Shown: one piece after another, positions 1 through 13,467 of the stretch
How positions within the stretch are numbered: the first letter of the stretch is position 1
Layout: every line of letters starts with the position of its first letter
The notes under the pieces: model-generated
Database searches by the model: none
What the model saw: only the letters and a program-made list of their open reading frames with translations
Told to the model about the DNA's origin: nothing
Source: Callorhinchus milii
Taxonomy: Eukaryota
Reading direction: 5' to 3'
Length of the DNA: 64,000 nt
NCBI RefSeq assembly: GCF_018977255.1
Contig: NW_024704743.1
Coordinates: 90,212,001-90,276,000, forward strand
Program-made: the position numbers and the translations under genes

Positions 1-128
1 CAAAATATACAGTCAATTCACTTTACAGTATATTCTGCGAAGCGCTTTGAGACGTTGCGAAGATGTGATAAGGTGCTATATCAAATGCAAGGATTGTTAA
101 TATTATTATTATTTTATTATTATTATTA
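1..128 (+). mobile_element. 3' part of tRNA-Ala-derived SINE
   Basis: cagtcaattcactttacagtatattctg...tatatcaaatgcaaggatt followed by (ATT)n tail. Confidence 0.85.
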
Positions 129-160
129 AGGTACTCCTGGAGTTTAGCCAGCTAAACTTT

Positions 161-537
161 GTGGAGTCCTGCAGCTTAATGGTTAGAGCATTAGCCTCGC
201 AAGTGAGAGGACCTGGGTTCAATTTCCAGGCAGGATGAAAAGTTGGGCAAGTTTCCTTAATCCACACGCCTCTGTTTGCCTAGCAGTAAGTAAGAACCCG
301 GTTGTTAGTCAATTGGCAGATCGCTTTTGCAGGGGTAATAATCCCTTAAAAATAAACATATATTAAAAAAAATGGAATTTGGTCACTCAAACCATTTTCT
401 GTGCGCAATTGGCTGCCACATTTTGCCCACAAAATATACAGTCAATTCACTTCACACTATATTCTGTGAAACGCTTTGAGATGTCTCAAAGGCGTGATAA
501 AGCTCTATATCAAATGCAAGGTTTATTATTATTATTA
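161..537 (+). mobile_element. Full-length tRNA-Ala-derived SINE, long variant
   Basis: tRNA-like head with A/B boxes, extra central segment (ctctgtttgcctagcagtaagtaagaacccgg...), Deu-like segment, L2-type tail and (ATT)n. Confidence 0.9.
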
Positions 538-544
538 GAAACTG

Positions 545-735
545 CCGAGACCAATGTCTGGCAGGCTTCCCATTGTTTGTCCAATTTCGACTACCCTACC
601 CATTACAGCTTTGGCTTGCAGGGTTAACAGGAACTGAGTGGGAAGAATCCCTCCTCCCTATGACTGGTCTTCCCGTCCAAATCCTGCTGACAAGCAAGGC
701 TGGCTGGTGTGCCATCAGCAATACCCTGGGCATCA
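545..735 (-). mobile_element. Fragment of 3' UTR of the CCHC non-LTR family
   Basis: Similar to 35590-35760 and 56630-56810 (ttggcttgcag.gtta...ctgagtggga...tgactggtct.ccc.tccaa..cctgc). Confidence 0.7.
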
Positions 736-3028
736 GTGAACTCACAGCTTACATTTACAAACTGCTGAAAAATATCATGGTAATTATCCAGTTAGGATCA
801 TCCCATTAGCTTGGAGTTTGGAACATTGACAGCACATCTACCCCTCAAAGTCTCAGTGATCATATAGACTGGTTGATTGCCCATCAGCAATGCTGGATTA
901 CTGCAGACCGGCTTTTCTGAGTCAGGCAAATCTTCTCAGAGCCAGGTAAAGACTAGGGAACATGCTCAGCTCTCCACCTGCATCCCTAACCCTTTCCCCT
1001 CTCCCACGGAAGTTGTACTTTATGTTTATGGTATTAATTTTATCAATCTCAAAAGACTGATACACCAAATAAAGAGCAAAATAAGGTAAGAGAGAACAAA
1101 TTAGCAATGTTTTCATCCCCTCTAAAGTGGCATTACTCAAATGATCATATTACATGAAAGGCACAATACAAGCGCAGGTTCTTGTTGAAGACAGCATCTC
1201 AAGTATATGTCATGACTGAGACTAGAAACAGTGACCACAAAAGTGCAAAGCCAGCACTTAAAAAGGCACCACGCAACATCACGTTTAGATACTTCAGGCA
1301 GGAATTAATGTCCACTTGGGTTTTCTTCTTCTGTCGCTCTCAAACCTGGATTCAAGGTCTCATTTCTCTTGGCTAAAATCATGCAGCATGGACACTGAAA
1401 GCTATTTCCACATCACATCAAAGGAAGCCAAATGCCTTGTATTTTCTTAACAGCGGTGGAAATCTCAGGCTCAAAGGCAAGCGTTTCCACAGTATAAATT
1501 ATATTTTCAAGATTTCTAGGATTCCTATAATTTTTAATGTGATTTTTAATGACTCTCTACTGTTACCATTTATTTTCTTCCTGTTTTAGGTTCCCTCGTG
1601 TTGAGAGTGGCTTGGATGACCTGCCTGTAGCTGTGCAACCAGTAGAAGGTAGGTTAGCCTGACCAGGGCGACTTGATCCCTGATATTTTCCCTAATCCTG
1701 TGCTCACTGGGAGCCTCTCCTCCTCTGCAACAATCTGGAAATCTGGAAGCCTTGAGGATACCATTGTGTATGATCAAAATTCAATCAAAAAGCTGTGATC
1801 AAAATTCGTTGCAAACNAAAAATATTTTACAGAGGATGTATGCTCACAAACCATCAGCTACACACAGCAACATGTACTGCAATCTACCCAAGCACCCCCG
1901 CCCCCCACTAACAATAAATCAATAAATAGTAAATAGGGGCTGTATGTATTGCACGCCCCAAACCTATATAATCAGAGCAAAGGTAACAGAACAGGCCCAC
2001 TGTGAGAGCATTACAGCCTTGTTTCGCTCTAACCCTCAGCTCCCTTCAAAAATAAAAGAACAGCAGCACAAACACGACTCCATAGAAAGCTCACACTTGG
2101 TTTACATAACATACACGTATCCCGAGTGCCTCGTGCCATTCCGTACATTTCTAATAGATGCTGTGCAGGAATGAGACGCGAGATGAATGAATCCTTGCTC
2201 CTCCATCATCAGTGCATTTTTTTTTAGACCTTTTCCCCTCATCAGATATCAGCCCCTCTCATTTGCAAGCCACGCAACTTACCCAGCTTCCACGAGGCCT
2301 GCATCAGCCTTCTCAGGTAGCAGATGTGAGGGAACTGTCGGCTTTCACCCAGTGTGTACTGTATTCCAGATTTACAATAGCCTTTGATAGGACTGCTGCA
2401 TGACCTACACCAGTACATGAGGCACTAAATAAAATATGCAGTGGAGTCGACAGGAGTGGACTGCGAGATTTGTGGTACCTCAGCATTCTGCACAAGGCAT
2501 AGCAGGGAAACACACTGAATAAGGAATGGAGCTCCATGATACATATACGTAAGGATGAGGAAAACCCACCGACTGTAATCGGTAGGCAGGAGAAATGATT
2601 AGGGACTAATGTACCTGAAGAGCAAAAAGCTGGCAATAAATTACACATCGAAAAGCACAAAGATCCATTGCACACTTCACGGGCAAAAAAAGGCTGATGT
2701 AAAACGTGGGGTGAAAAATGCGACGTGTTCATAACAGATTCAATCCAATTCAAACAATTCAATATCACATCAAATCTGTTAATAAATAGCAGAATATCAA
2801 CCGATATTTATTATCGGTTTGCGGTTGTGAATTCAACACCCCCCACCCCTTCCCCCCGCCAATCCAACTCAGCACAACAGTTTGATCAAAGGCCTTTTTT
2901 CAAAACTGTTTAACCGTCATCTTAAGTACCTGCTTAGCAATAGTGAGTCAAAAATACTTTCCATCAAACCCCAGAGGTAGTATTTGAGTGTTTTTCACTG
3001 GATACGACTAAATACCATAGGATACCTA

Positions 3029-3362
3029 TGGAATCCTGTAGCTTAGTGGTTACAGCACTCGCCTCGCAATCGAGAGGCCCTGGGTTCGATTCCCAGCAGG
3101 GCAAAACGTTGGGCAAGTTTCCTTACTCTACATGACTCTGTTAACCTAGCAGTAAATAGGAATCTGATTGTTAGTGGATTGGCGGTTCGCTTTTCCGGGA
3201 ATAATAAACCCTCAAAAAAAAACTGTTTGTGGGACAAAGCTGTACACAATTGGCTGCCACATTTCGCCCACAAAATATACAATCAATTCACTTTACAGTA
3301 TATTCTGTGAAGCGCTTTGAAATGTCTTGAAGACATGATAAGGTGCTATATTAAATGCAAGA

Positions 3363-3394
<32 letters not shown>
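3029..3394 (+). mobile_element. Full-length tRNA-Ala-derived SINE, long variant
   Basis: ggaatcctgtagcttagtggtt...gggttcgattccc head; (ATT)n tail; inserted in a ccactggata-like microrepeat. Confidence 0.9.
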
Positions 3395-3395
<1 letters not shown>

Positions 3396-5596
3396 CCACT
3401 GGATACCACATGATGCCACTGGATACCACTACATACACTGACAAAATCTACTGCACTGCAACACCACACTTTTCAGTCAATCCTGTGAAGCTTTCTGAGA
3501 CATCCTACTACTAATAATAATAATAATAATTATTGAAGTGATGTGAAAGGCACCTCATCGTTGGTAAGGATTATTATTAGGATTAAAGAGATAGGAGATA
3601 GGACAACTACACAAATTCACTATGATGAAGGATGACCACTGTGGCGATGTTGGGGATGGGCAGTTGCCATCTAAACAATCGCTTATTGTTCTGAAATTCA
3701 GATTATTTTTTCGATGTGATAATTATTACATCAAACCTGTTATGAAACTGCATTTTCCACTCCACGATACATACTGGTATGGTTCAGCCTACTCTAGGGT
3801 TCAAAATGGCTGCTGGTTTGAAATTGGTGAGGTTAACCTTGTTAGCAGTGGTTTCTCGAGGATTTGCTTGTCCTGCGCTTTTCCATAGTAAATAATTCAG
3901 TGCCACACCCAAAGGGGGCTGGACATTTCCAATGGGGGAAAACTGAAAGCACATTACCAATGAGGTAGTGACAATATCGGGGTGAAATTTGTGTTGTTTC
4001 CTTGCAATATTTATTAACAATCATGTTATGATTCAAGAATCTTGTGGCTGCATCTTGGATGTCTTTACAGTCAGAGGAAATCTCAAACAGCCGGGCACAG
4101 TGAGAACTGGAGGTCTCAGTGAATTTGAGTCCAGCAGAAGAAGAAGGCAACTTAATTAATTCAGTCTGTTTCCTCTTCTGCTGCATCAAATGGTGACATT
4201 CAGCATTGGGGCGGTGTTTGAAATTTTCTCTGACTGTACCACTGACTGACCTGACGTAAGGGGATAATTCACCATATAGCAAATCTGGATTTGCTATTTA
4301 CAAATCCTTTAGCGAATCTCACAAATTACAACACACTGTCAAATGTCATTAAGTTTACAACAACAGCAGATTGCATTTATATAGCACTCTTCACCCTGGA
4401 AAGCATATCGGAGCACTGCAAATTTACTGACAATTTTACTGACAAGCAGGAGAATAAACTCCTGTTGTTTGTATCACTATATTCCAAGAGCCACACAATC
4501 AAAGGGAAGGTATTCTTGAGGTGCCATGGCCCATCAGTCATGACGAATGGCTGGGGATTAAAGACCGCCATGAGTGAACAATGTTACAAACAACTATTAC
4601 TCATATGTTCAATTTGAAGAGGGATAGTCACATGTAAATAGGATTTGCATCCAGTCATGTTTAGATTCAGTTTAATATGCAGGAATCAAGCCATGCAATA
4701 AAATTTCAAGGATACAGATAAATCCGCAGATTTCATTGCAAGTCCTAAATACCGTTTTACCCACTAACTGTTTTACCAAAAGATGGAGCAGCTGGCTGAG
4801 TAAGGAATATAGGGCCACCCCATCCAAATGCTCCCTGGTTGAGCGCATGTTCATTTATAGTGGGTCTACTGTGGATTCATGCTATACCAGATGTGCAGGG
4901 CACCCAGCCAGCATCCTGCGCTTAAAAATAACTTCCGGATCAGCAGATCACTGCTGGTGTCGCTTCCTTCATTTTGCGTGCATGAGAGCTACGTGTAGGA
5001 TGCGTTACTGACTTCACTTCGCATAGCAGGTCAGTGGCGTCCTGACGTCCCAGAATTGGGACATTTGTTGGCACTTCAGTATAGCCTCTGAGATACTGAA
5101 TCCAGACAATCCTGTTATTACCCGATTAACCTCAACACACACTTTGGACTCCCCAAGCCTTAGGTTTTGCCGACCTGAGCCTCCACAGATTTTGAGGTTA
5201 GGCACACATGGTGCATTCCTCCAGGGAGAGAGTGTAAATTCCTTTCCAGACACAGGGAAATTTCCATGTAGCAGTGACATGCATAAGTGGAATTCTCGGT
5301 AGTTTGATTGGGATACTCTTAAGCTTGGGGATGGGTTTACATATACATCAGACACTCGACTAACCCAAACAAATTATACAGTGCAGCTGTTATCATAATA
5401 CTTCACTATCATGTAAATTCACTTGAAATGTGGTTGCACTTTGGAGTTCACTTACTGTGCACGTAGTCAGCCCATTTATTTGCTGCACATGAGCAAAGCA
5501 GCAAATCAAGATGGAAGGGACTTACTGACCCAGAAGTTGGCTATTTGTAGCTTCCTGTGCTAAACAAAAGAGCCGTCTTAGCTTTTTTTAAAAAAG

Positions 5597-5858
5597 GCAG
5601 TCGGGCCTTCAGCCTTTCTGCCCCCACCCTTTGGAACTCCATCTCACAATCCCTTCACCTCCCGCCTCCCCCTCCCTTGCCTCCTTCAAGGCTCGTCTGA
5701 AGACGTTTCTCTTCAACCCTGCCTTCGGTTACCCTTCTACTCTCACCCTGCCATTCACCCATCCTGATCCCAACTCGGGTGCAAATCCTTGACTTTCCAG
5801 CTTCTTGAGACGTCCTCCCGAAGTGAAAGGCACTATGCAAATGTAATTTGTTGTTGTT
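5597..5858 (+). mobile_element. L2 LINE 3' end
   Basis: gccttcagc...tggaactcc...ccttcaag...gagacgtcctcccgaagtgaaaggcactatgcaaatg and (TTG)n tail. Confidence 0.8.
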
Positions 5859-7039
5859 CATTGGGTCATTGACAAGATACTACAGATACCACAGATAGTA
5901 TCTTTCAAGCAGGATTGCACATAAGATGAACACCTCAAAGCACTTCACAAATATGATAGGGGTCACCGAGCAGGGAGGAATGAGGGGAATTTGAGGGTGA
6001 TGACCAAAGCTGCATTTAGAGAGATGTTTTTAAGAAGATTTTGAAGAGAAAAGCAAAGGGATTTTGGGGGACTGGTCCAGAGAGTGGAGACATAGGATCG
6101 TTAATTGTGGGTTGGATGGAAGGAGTGAGCAACAAAAAGCAGACCAGAGTCAATAGAGCAGAGAGTTGAAGAATAGGGCTGCAAGAGACTGCAGAGGTAG
6201 AATGGAATAAGATTGTGCAAGGAATTGAAGGCTAGGATGAGGATCTTGCAGTCAATCTGCTCAGGTCCTGGGAAATGGATTGTAAAAAGAATGTAAAAGA
6301 ATAAAAGGGAGATTCTACAAAGCTCAGACAATGTATGGACATTTTCCAGCAGATAATAAGGTGTTTTTGTCTGCTAAGGCTTCTAAAGGTACCAAGCTTC
6401 AGCGAATCACCCTTAATACACCGGGAGTTTGTTCAAACTTGTCAGTGGTTCTAATGAAATGCCACCCCATGACAGCGAACCTGTGTTGGACTGAAGTTTT
6501 CAGAATCTGCAGTATATCTGGAATCATATTCCAAGCTATTTTTTCAAACAAACAATCTTCCAATTGACAGTATTACACGGTTAACTAACCTATCAGTTTA
6601 TTTTAAGGTGCAAGAGATCCTCTAATTCTATTGCACAAACATGCCTGTTTTACTTTGTAGGGTCTAATTTGCAGTATTTTCTTTATACGAAATGTGAGTT
6701 ATTTGGTTTCCAAAACATAGAATGCACTGAAAGGTGCAATCCCAAATATCTGAAACATCATTGAATGCATGTTTCTGTTCATTCGATGTTTTAGGAATTC
6801 AGTAAATACGTTTCTATTTAAGTAATATATTAAGAAATACCACAAATTAGATCCTATTGTTTTAAAGGCTGCAGTGACCCAACAGCAAACACAGTCAACA
6901 AACGTTTTTATTGTTTAGCTTTGGGTGGAATGACCCCTGGTGCTGGTGATACTCTTTCAGAATTAATGAACAGTGCAATAGACACCAATGGAAAGACAGC
7001 ATCCTTAACTCACACTCCTCAATAATAAAATAATAAGAA

Positions 7040-7450
7040 GAACAATTATATTTGGTATAGGGCCTTTCATATCAGGAGGATGTTCCAAAGGGCTTCACAG
7101 GATATATTGTAAAGTGTAGTGACTTTGAGTTTTGTGGTCAAACACAGCAGCTAATTTGCACACAGCAAAGTCCCATAAATAACCATAAAGTGAATGACCA
7201 ATTTATTTGGGGGGATTGTTTGCAAGGAGAAATTCCCTCCTCTTTTCGAATAGTGCCGTGGGATCTTTAACATTCCACCTGAACAAGTAGACGCTTCAAT
7301 GTTTCATCCAAGGGTCACCATCTGCAATAATGCAGCACACCCTCAGCACTGCATTGGATTGTTAATAGACTATACAAGTCCTGGCGTGGAGCTTGAACCC
7401 ACAATCTCTTGACTCAGAGGGGAAGAGTACTCCCAGCTGTGCCAGGCTTA
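7040..7450 (-). mobile_element. Deu-type SINE (shark SacSINE-like), decayed
   Basis: Reverse complement of tRNA-like head (cttgaacccacaatctcttgactcagag) and Deu core (aatagtgccgtgggatctttaac; gcagctaatttgcacacagc). Confidence 0.7.
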
Positions 7451-8509
7451 GAACCAATACAGACATGAGATCCTGAATATCCCTGAAACATGATGAAGAA
7501 TAGATCTTTGTCCCACCCTTTCTTTCTGTCATTTGACATTGCTGCTTCACAATAGATGTGGAAGATACAAACTCAGATGGTAAACATGGTGGCGGAAAAC
7601 AAAGGAGTGATTACAAAGCAATAATCTATTTGAGGCATTCAGGTGACATTAGAAACCACAGATATGCGAGCAATTTCTAACCTCCATTTAATGTCGAAGA
7701 TGTGGTTACAGCCTTGAAATGATTCCTAAGCATGTATTATTTTTAATTCATTGGTTCTATGTGATATATTCCACGGAATTTGTGGGGAACTTTGATGCAG
7801 TTTCCTTTCTGCTGCTTTGATGTTTGGAGCCACTGTGGATACACCTGACTACAATAGTATACTTCATCTGGTTGAAGCAAGAAACGATCTAAATTGTGTG
7901 CAATAACTGTGAGATATAATCATTTCATGCTTGTTTAGTGATAATCCAAATTCATTACCAGGTAATAATACAGCGAGCATGTGTTATGTAGTAATTGTTG
8001 GCTTGCAATGTGGTAATTGTCGGCTTGCTCTTCCCACCCCTTTTGTGCATATCGCACACCCGGTGGGGTGGGTAGTTTACATTATTCACAAAAGGGGTGG
8101 AAGAGCTAATTGAAATTGGCGATAATTTATGTTATCTGTAAAAAGGGCTAATTGTGATTTCCGAGAAATGTCAAAGTAAAAAAAAAGGTCAAAGATGAAA
8201 TATCAACGCCCCACAGCTGTTTGCTTCTCTCTCGGAACTTCCCACCCCCCGCCCTCCATGTTAACAGCTCTTAGAAAGCAAATTACCCCCAATATTATAA
8301 GGCAGTAATATGATTGAGGGGTACAGATGATTTTGCAAACTACTCTCAACCTTCACTCCTCCGAGTTATAGTATGACTGGCAACTCTCAACACTACCAGA
8401 GGTGTGTAACAGATTCCATCTGTCTCCCTTCTATATATAAATTATAGCTCTATTTTTATTCTAGGAATTGCCAAAAATTAATGTAAACGTTAATACTACT
8501 ACTACTAAT

Positions 8510-9612
8510 AAACAATAATCCTTACATCTGATTTAGTGCCTTTCACATCAGGAGTTCATCCTAAAGCCTATACCTTTATACCACAGGGTATAGTGTAATG
8601 TGATATAATTGCATGTGTTTTGTTAGCGAATGTGGCAGCCAAATTTTGCACATCTAAGGTCACAAAAGCCATGAAATGAATGACCAATTGTCTTGGGGAA
8701 TTGTTCTTCAGCAAACCAGAAGACACTGACTTTTTGAATAGGATCTTTAACGTCTACCTGAACATACAGATAGGGCCTAGGTGTCAGGTTCGCCCCGCAA
8801 TTATCCTTCCTTCCCCACATCCGGTCCCTCACCAGCACCGCTTTCTTCCACCTCCGACTCATCGCACGTCTCTGCCAATACCTCACTCCAAAAGACGCCG
8901 AAACCCTGGTCCTTGCCTTTGTCACCTCTCGGCTGGACTATTCAAATGCCCTCCTCGCCGGTCTCCCCTCCACTACCATTCATAAAATCCAGGTCATCCA
9001 GAACTCTGCTGCCTGCATTCTTACCCGCACCAAACTCCGCTCCCTGATTACCCCAGTCCTTGGCAGACTGCACTGCCTGTCCCAGAGAGGATCGACTTCA
9101 AGATCCTCACTCTTGTCTTCAAATCCCTCCATTCCTCTGCACCCTCCTACCTCTCTGACCTCCTCTCTCCTCACAACAGTGCCCGTTGCCTTTGCTCCAC
9201 CGGGTCTGAGCTCTTCCTTGTTCCCCGAATCCTCCGCTCCACCATCGGAGGCCGTGCCTTCAGGCACTATGCTCCAAGGCTCTGGAACTCCCTTCCTCAC
9301 TCCCTTCCCTCGCCCCCTCTCTTCCTATTTTCAGGTCTCGGCTGAAGACCTTTCTTTTCAACCGCGCCTTTGATCACATTCCTCCCCTCCCCCTGGCTCA
9401 GCCCGGAATCCATTAAAGTGAAGCGCTCTGAGACACCGTCCGGCGTGGAAGGCGCTATATAAATCCAAATTGTTGTTGTTTTTATTGTTTTAACATCTCA
9501 TCCGAAGGACAGCACCTCCAACATCGCAGAACACCTCCAGCACTGCTTTGGAGTATCATCTTATATGAGTTCCAACTCCCAATGAGAGCTTGAAACTGAG
9601 CCAGGCTGACAC
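8510..9612 (-). mobile_element. Deu-type SINE split by an L2 insertion (parts ~8510-8778 and ~9490-9612)
   Basis: Deu core ggatctttaacgtctacctgaac stops at ~8778 and resumes at tttaacatctcatccgaaggacagcacctcc after the L2 tail. Confidence 0.7.
8780..9489 (+). mobile_element. L2 LINE 3' fragment, subfamily B
   Basis: Decayed ORF2 C-terminus ([17 protein letters not shown]...IDFKIL; APRLWNSLP); tail gtgaagcgctctgagacaccgtccggcgtggaaggcgctatataaatcc(TTG)n. Confidence 0.9.
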
Positions 9613-12399
9613 AAGTAAGTTAGTTACAATACAGTACAATTTACAATTATATAGCACTTTTCATGTCAGGAGGACGTCTCAGAGCGCTTCACAGAACTGT
9701 ATGGGTAACTAGGTGCAGTGTAGGCGTGGGGAACGAGGGGGTGAATGACCTGAAGGAGCATCAGGTGACCTAAAGCACAGTGAGAAGGGTAGGTTTTAAG
9801 GTGGGTTTTAAAAGTTTGCGTGTGTGGGGATGCTGTCCTTCGGATGAGAGGAACACTGGGATGGAGTTCCAGAGAGTTTTAATCAGAAATATGAATGCAC
9901 ATTGTACATAAATATTAAATATAAAGGCATGACTTTCTCACATAACATTCAGTCTGATTTCTGCGATGCTCATACTGGTAGAACTGTGTATTATGGGGTT
10001 ATGGACTCTGACATTCTCATGACTAAAAATCCCAATTCCTGACATCACGCAATCCAAATCCATCGTCACACTTCAAATCGTGTCAGGACGACAACGGGAT
10101 ATGAAGTTCGACGTCGCATTTTGAAGCATGGCAGCATGATTTCAGATGTGATGGAGCCGGTCGGCTTTCTGCATAGATACGGTCATGTCAACGTTGGGGT
10201 CACAATGAGGAAGCACTGACCGGCTGCCATTCTTGATCACACACTGGTATAAGACGGGTTGGAATTTATGGAACACAATTATTTCCTTATAAAAGGATTC
10301 TGCTATTTATAGAAGTGCCTCAATTACACACGAATATCCCGCTTCATCAAACACCATAACTATATGTGCCATACTAAAGAGCAGTATGCAAGGTCACCTC
10401 CACTTATTCTGACACAGCTCTGCTTTTGTTACTACAGAATCTGCATATGGACTTCAACTTCTCTCTTTGATTCAATATCACCTTACTCCCCTATCAAAAG
10501 CAGAGCCCAGTCATTTTCCCTCTAGAATTCAGGCATGTTATACATAAACTAGGAATCACAGCACAAATCCAGCAACATGGAGGGATGGTTACATTGCAAA
10601 TTATTTACATTAGTCAAAGTACAAAAAAATTATAAGAGGAAAATATAATGTTTTAAACACTAAGAAGCTTTCAGTTAATTGGCCCAAAGGCTCAGATTTG
10701 TTTTCTTCTCTACGTGTCAGCTTACCATGACCTCCTTTTCCCCGAGACATTTCTCACATCCAACAGTATTACTTTCCTTGTAAAAGCAAATTATACATCA
10801 CTGGGCTTTCGAGAAGCCCTTCTGTCAATAAGTAAGTCTGGCACTTGAGCAGGAGCAGTCTATAACATCATGTTTGAAGGCAGCTTGTACCAACAAGAGG
10901 TTGTTGTGCCTCTCTCACCCACAGATAATAGTAAGGTTAAAACAACTCATTAAAAATTATACGTCTCTGCACAGCAGTTTATCAATAATTACAACACTTT
11001 GTTCTGCGCGGCAGAGAAGAAAAACGTTTCCCATTATTATTAAAAGATTTCACTCAAGCTCCAGAGATTCAAACACATGGCTATCACCCAGCAGGGAGCA
11101 AAAAGGAAACCTCAAAATACTTGCCAGGAACAGAAAAACAAATCATGTTTTCTACTGCACTCTGTTTCAAGTTATGTCTTCATTACTTATAGATGCAAAC
11201 ACTGGTTTCCAGCCACTAGGGCTGAATTCAAAGCATTAAATATGTATAATGCACCCCCCACCCCCCTCTTTCCTACTGTGCTATAAAGGCTCAGCTGCGT
11301 TCAATGAATGGTAAGTGTTCTGTTATACACCTTCAACTCATACTCTAAGTTTGATTCTGCTTGACAAGTAGATTACAAGATCCTGCACTCAATATGGCTA
11401 CTGCATTAAAGGAATTAAAATGCAATTTGATACAAAGACCATAGGACAAGGGTAATGGTTCAACTGTGACTTCCACCTGCGCCACAGAGAAATATTGCAG
11501 CCAAGATTATCATATATTAATTCACACTGATTATTAAAATAATTGCCCTAAGGTCATATGATAGTGACAAAGAGTCTGTTAAATGTTCGTTTTGCATCTC
11601 TCCACATTGGATTTCAAACTGATAGCAAAAGGACAGTCCGTTGAAGACCATTGTAGAATGAACTACAAACAGGCAAAACTAACAGCACTGTAATAGCTCA
11701 GACACATTTGTCTGAGCATGAAACAAACCATTGCATCACTTGTGTGTAAGGTCATAGTAATAAAATACAGCTCTTTTTCCTTCCCCATCCCCCAGATAAA
11801 AATGGTTGTCGAATCTTATCCATGAAAATACGTCGCCTTCTCTTTAATGATTGTTTTTGGTCTGGAAGAATATATTTTAGAGAACTGGATGGCAATGTTA
11901 GATTTGCCTCCTGGAATGGAGTATCCAGGTTACACCATGGCTAAGTGTTTAATGGACGTGTCCAGAAAAGTTATTTTCAAACTGGAGAAGACCACATCCA
12001 AAGTACTGCACATAGTCAGTGGTGTCTAAAAGGTATTCTTGTGGCTTCACTGCCTGTTGGCTATCAGCAACAGAAACCACAAAGTTTGCTAGCAACCTTC
12101 TGCATGGTATCAGGCATAGGCTTTGGGTCCGAGCTGATGTCTTCTGACTGTGTTCTGAACAGGAAATTAGGGATTAGCAAACACTGTTTACACTGTGTGG
12201 GCATTGCCAGCTGCTTTTGCCAATGCCCTCACAACACTGTTGACGAACAGTGCTTTATAGATGCCTTGGCCTCCCGGCTTCAAATAGGGACACTCATTTA
12301 TAGCAGGGGGTCCTCCAGACGTGAAAGGTGCTATACAAATATAAATTGTTGTCGTCATTGTTGCAGCAAAGGGTAACTAGATTAATTCCAGAATATATG

Positions 12400-12760
12400 A
12401 GACAGAGTTTTGAGGCAAGTATGCCAACCCTGGTATTGTTTTCCCAGGAGCAGAGGAGATTAAGATTATGAAAATTTTGAGAAACTTGTTTGCCATTACA
12501 ATTTTCTCACCTGAAAAATTCAAGGGATTATATCTTCAAAATAATACAGAAGAGAAAATGCTGAAGGTGTTTTTCTTCAATAAAAGCTTGAGAGGCAGGT
12601 GGAATAAATAACCTGCACAGGTGATAGAAGAAGGAACTGTAAAGGGTTTCAAAAAGAACTAGATAACTTAACACTGAAAGGATTCAGAGTCATTAGATTT
12701 AGAGACAGATACACTGAAGGAATCTTTTTGAAATTGATGGATAGGCTAGATGGACCAACA
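12400..12760 (+). mobile_element. Old CR1 3' fragment
   Basis: gagcagaggagattaag..., tggaataaataacctgcacaggtgatagaag, ggataggctagatggacc typical of CR1 ORF2 end/3' UTR. Confidence 0.55.
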
Positions 12761-13467
12761 ATGAAGTTCCGCCTAAAAGTTTCTCTTTCAATTACCATGT
12801 TACCTGTGCAGGCTTTGAATAAAACTTGTTAGCATTGCAGTAGGAGCTTTGCTGGGGATTTAAGGATAAATGTCTGACAAAAAAATGCATGGCACTAAAT
12901 GTGAGACAGATTCATCACCCAAACGATATTTGGTTTCATTGAGATAGTTCCTTACCAGAGTTTGGGATCTAATTGGGTGACACACAAAAAGAATTTGTAA
13001 ATAATGGAACCTGAAGATAACCCTTTGATTTCTGCTCTGACCTGATCTCCTGTTCAACACTTGGCTTTACAGAAGTCAGGACTGAGATTGGTGTCCAAGC
13101 GGAGTCCCGAAGGGTCAGCCTTTAGCACTCTAGGGTAGCTGTAGGATTTGCTAGTTATAAATTCTTTCACGCTCTTGCAAACGAGACACTACCGTGCACA
13201 ATTTTGCCATCCCAAATGCTCGCACTAGATTTGATCCCAGACGAAAGTGATCAAATGCGGGTAAAACTTCAAGGTTAATAGAGCTGTGAGAACTGTCTAC
13301 TTGATCTACTCCCCAAATGATATCAATTCAATATCACTGCCTGTATTGTTCAGCTTAACCAACAATATCCCATGAACCCAACAGTATTGGGGGAACCATT
13401 TAGATGAATCAACTGTTTTCAGTTTGCCCACTGAGTAAATGCACTTCTTCTCTAGAAGCCTTCAACA

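Noticed and set aside
11696..11717. 9-bp perfect hairpin gctcagaca-catt-tgtctgagc
   Set aside because: Single short stem; not unexpected in 64 kb and no supporting context.
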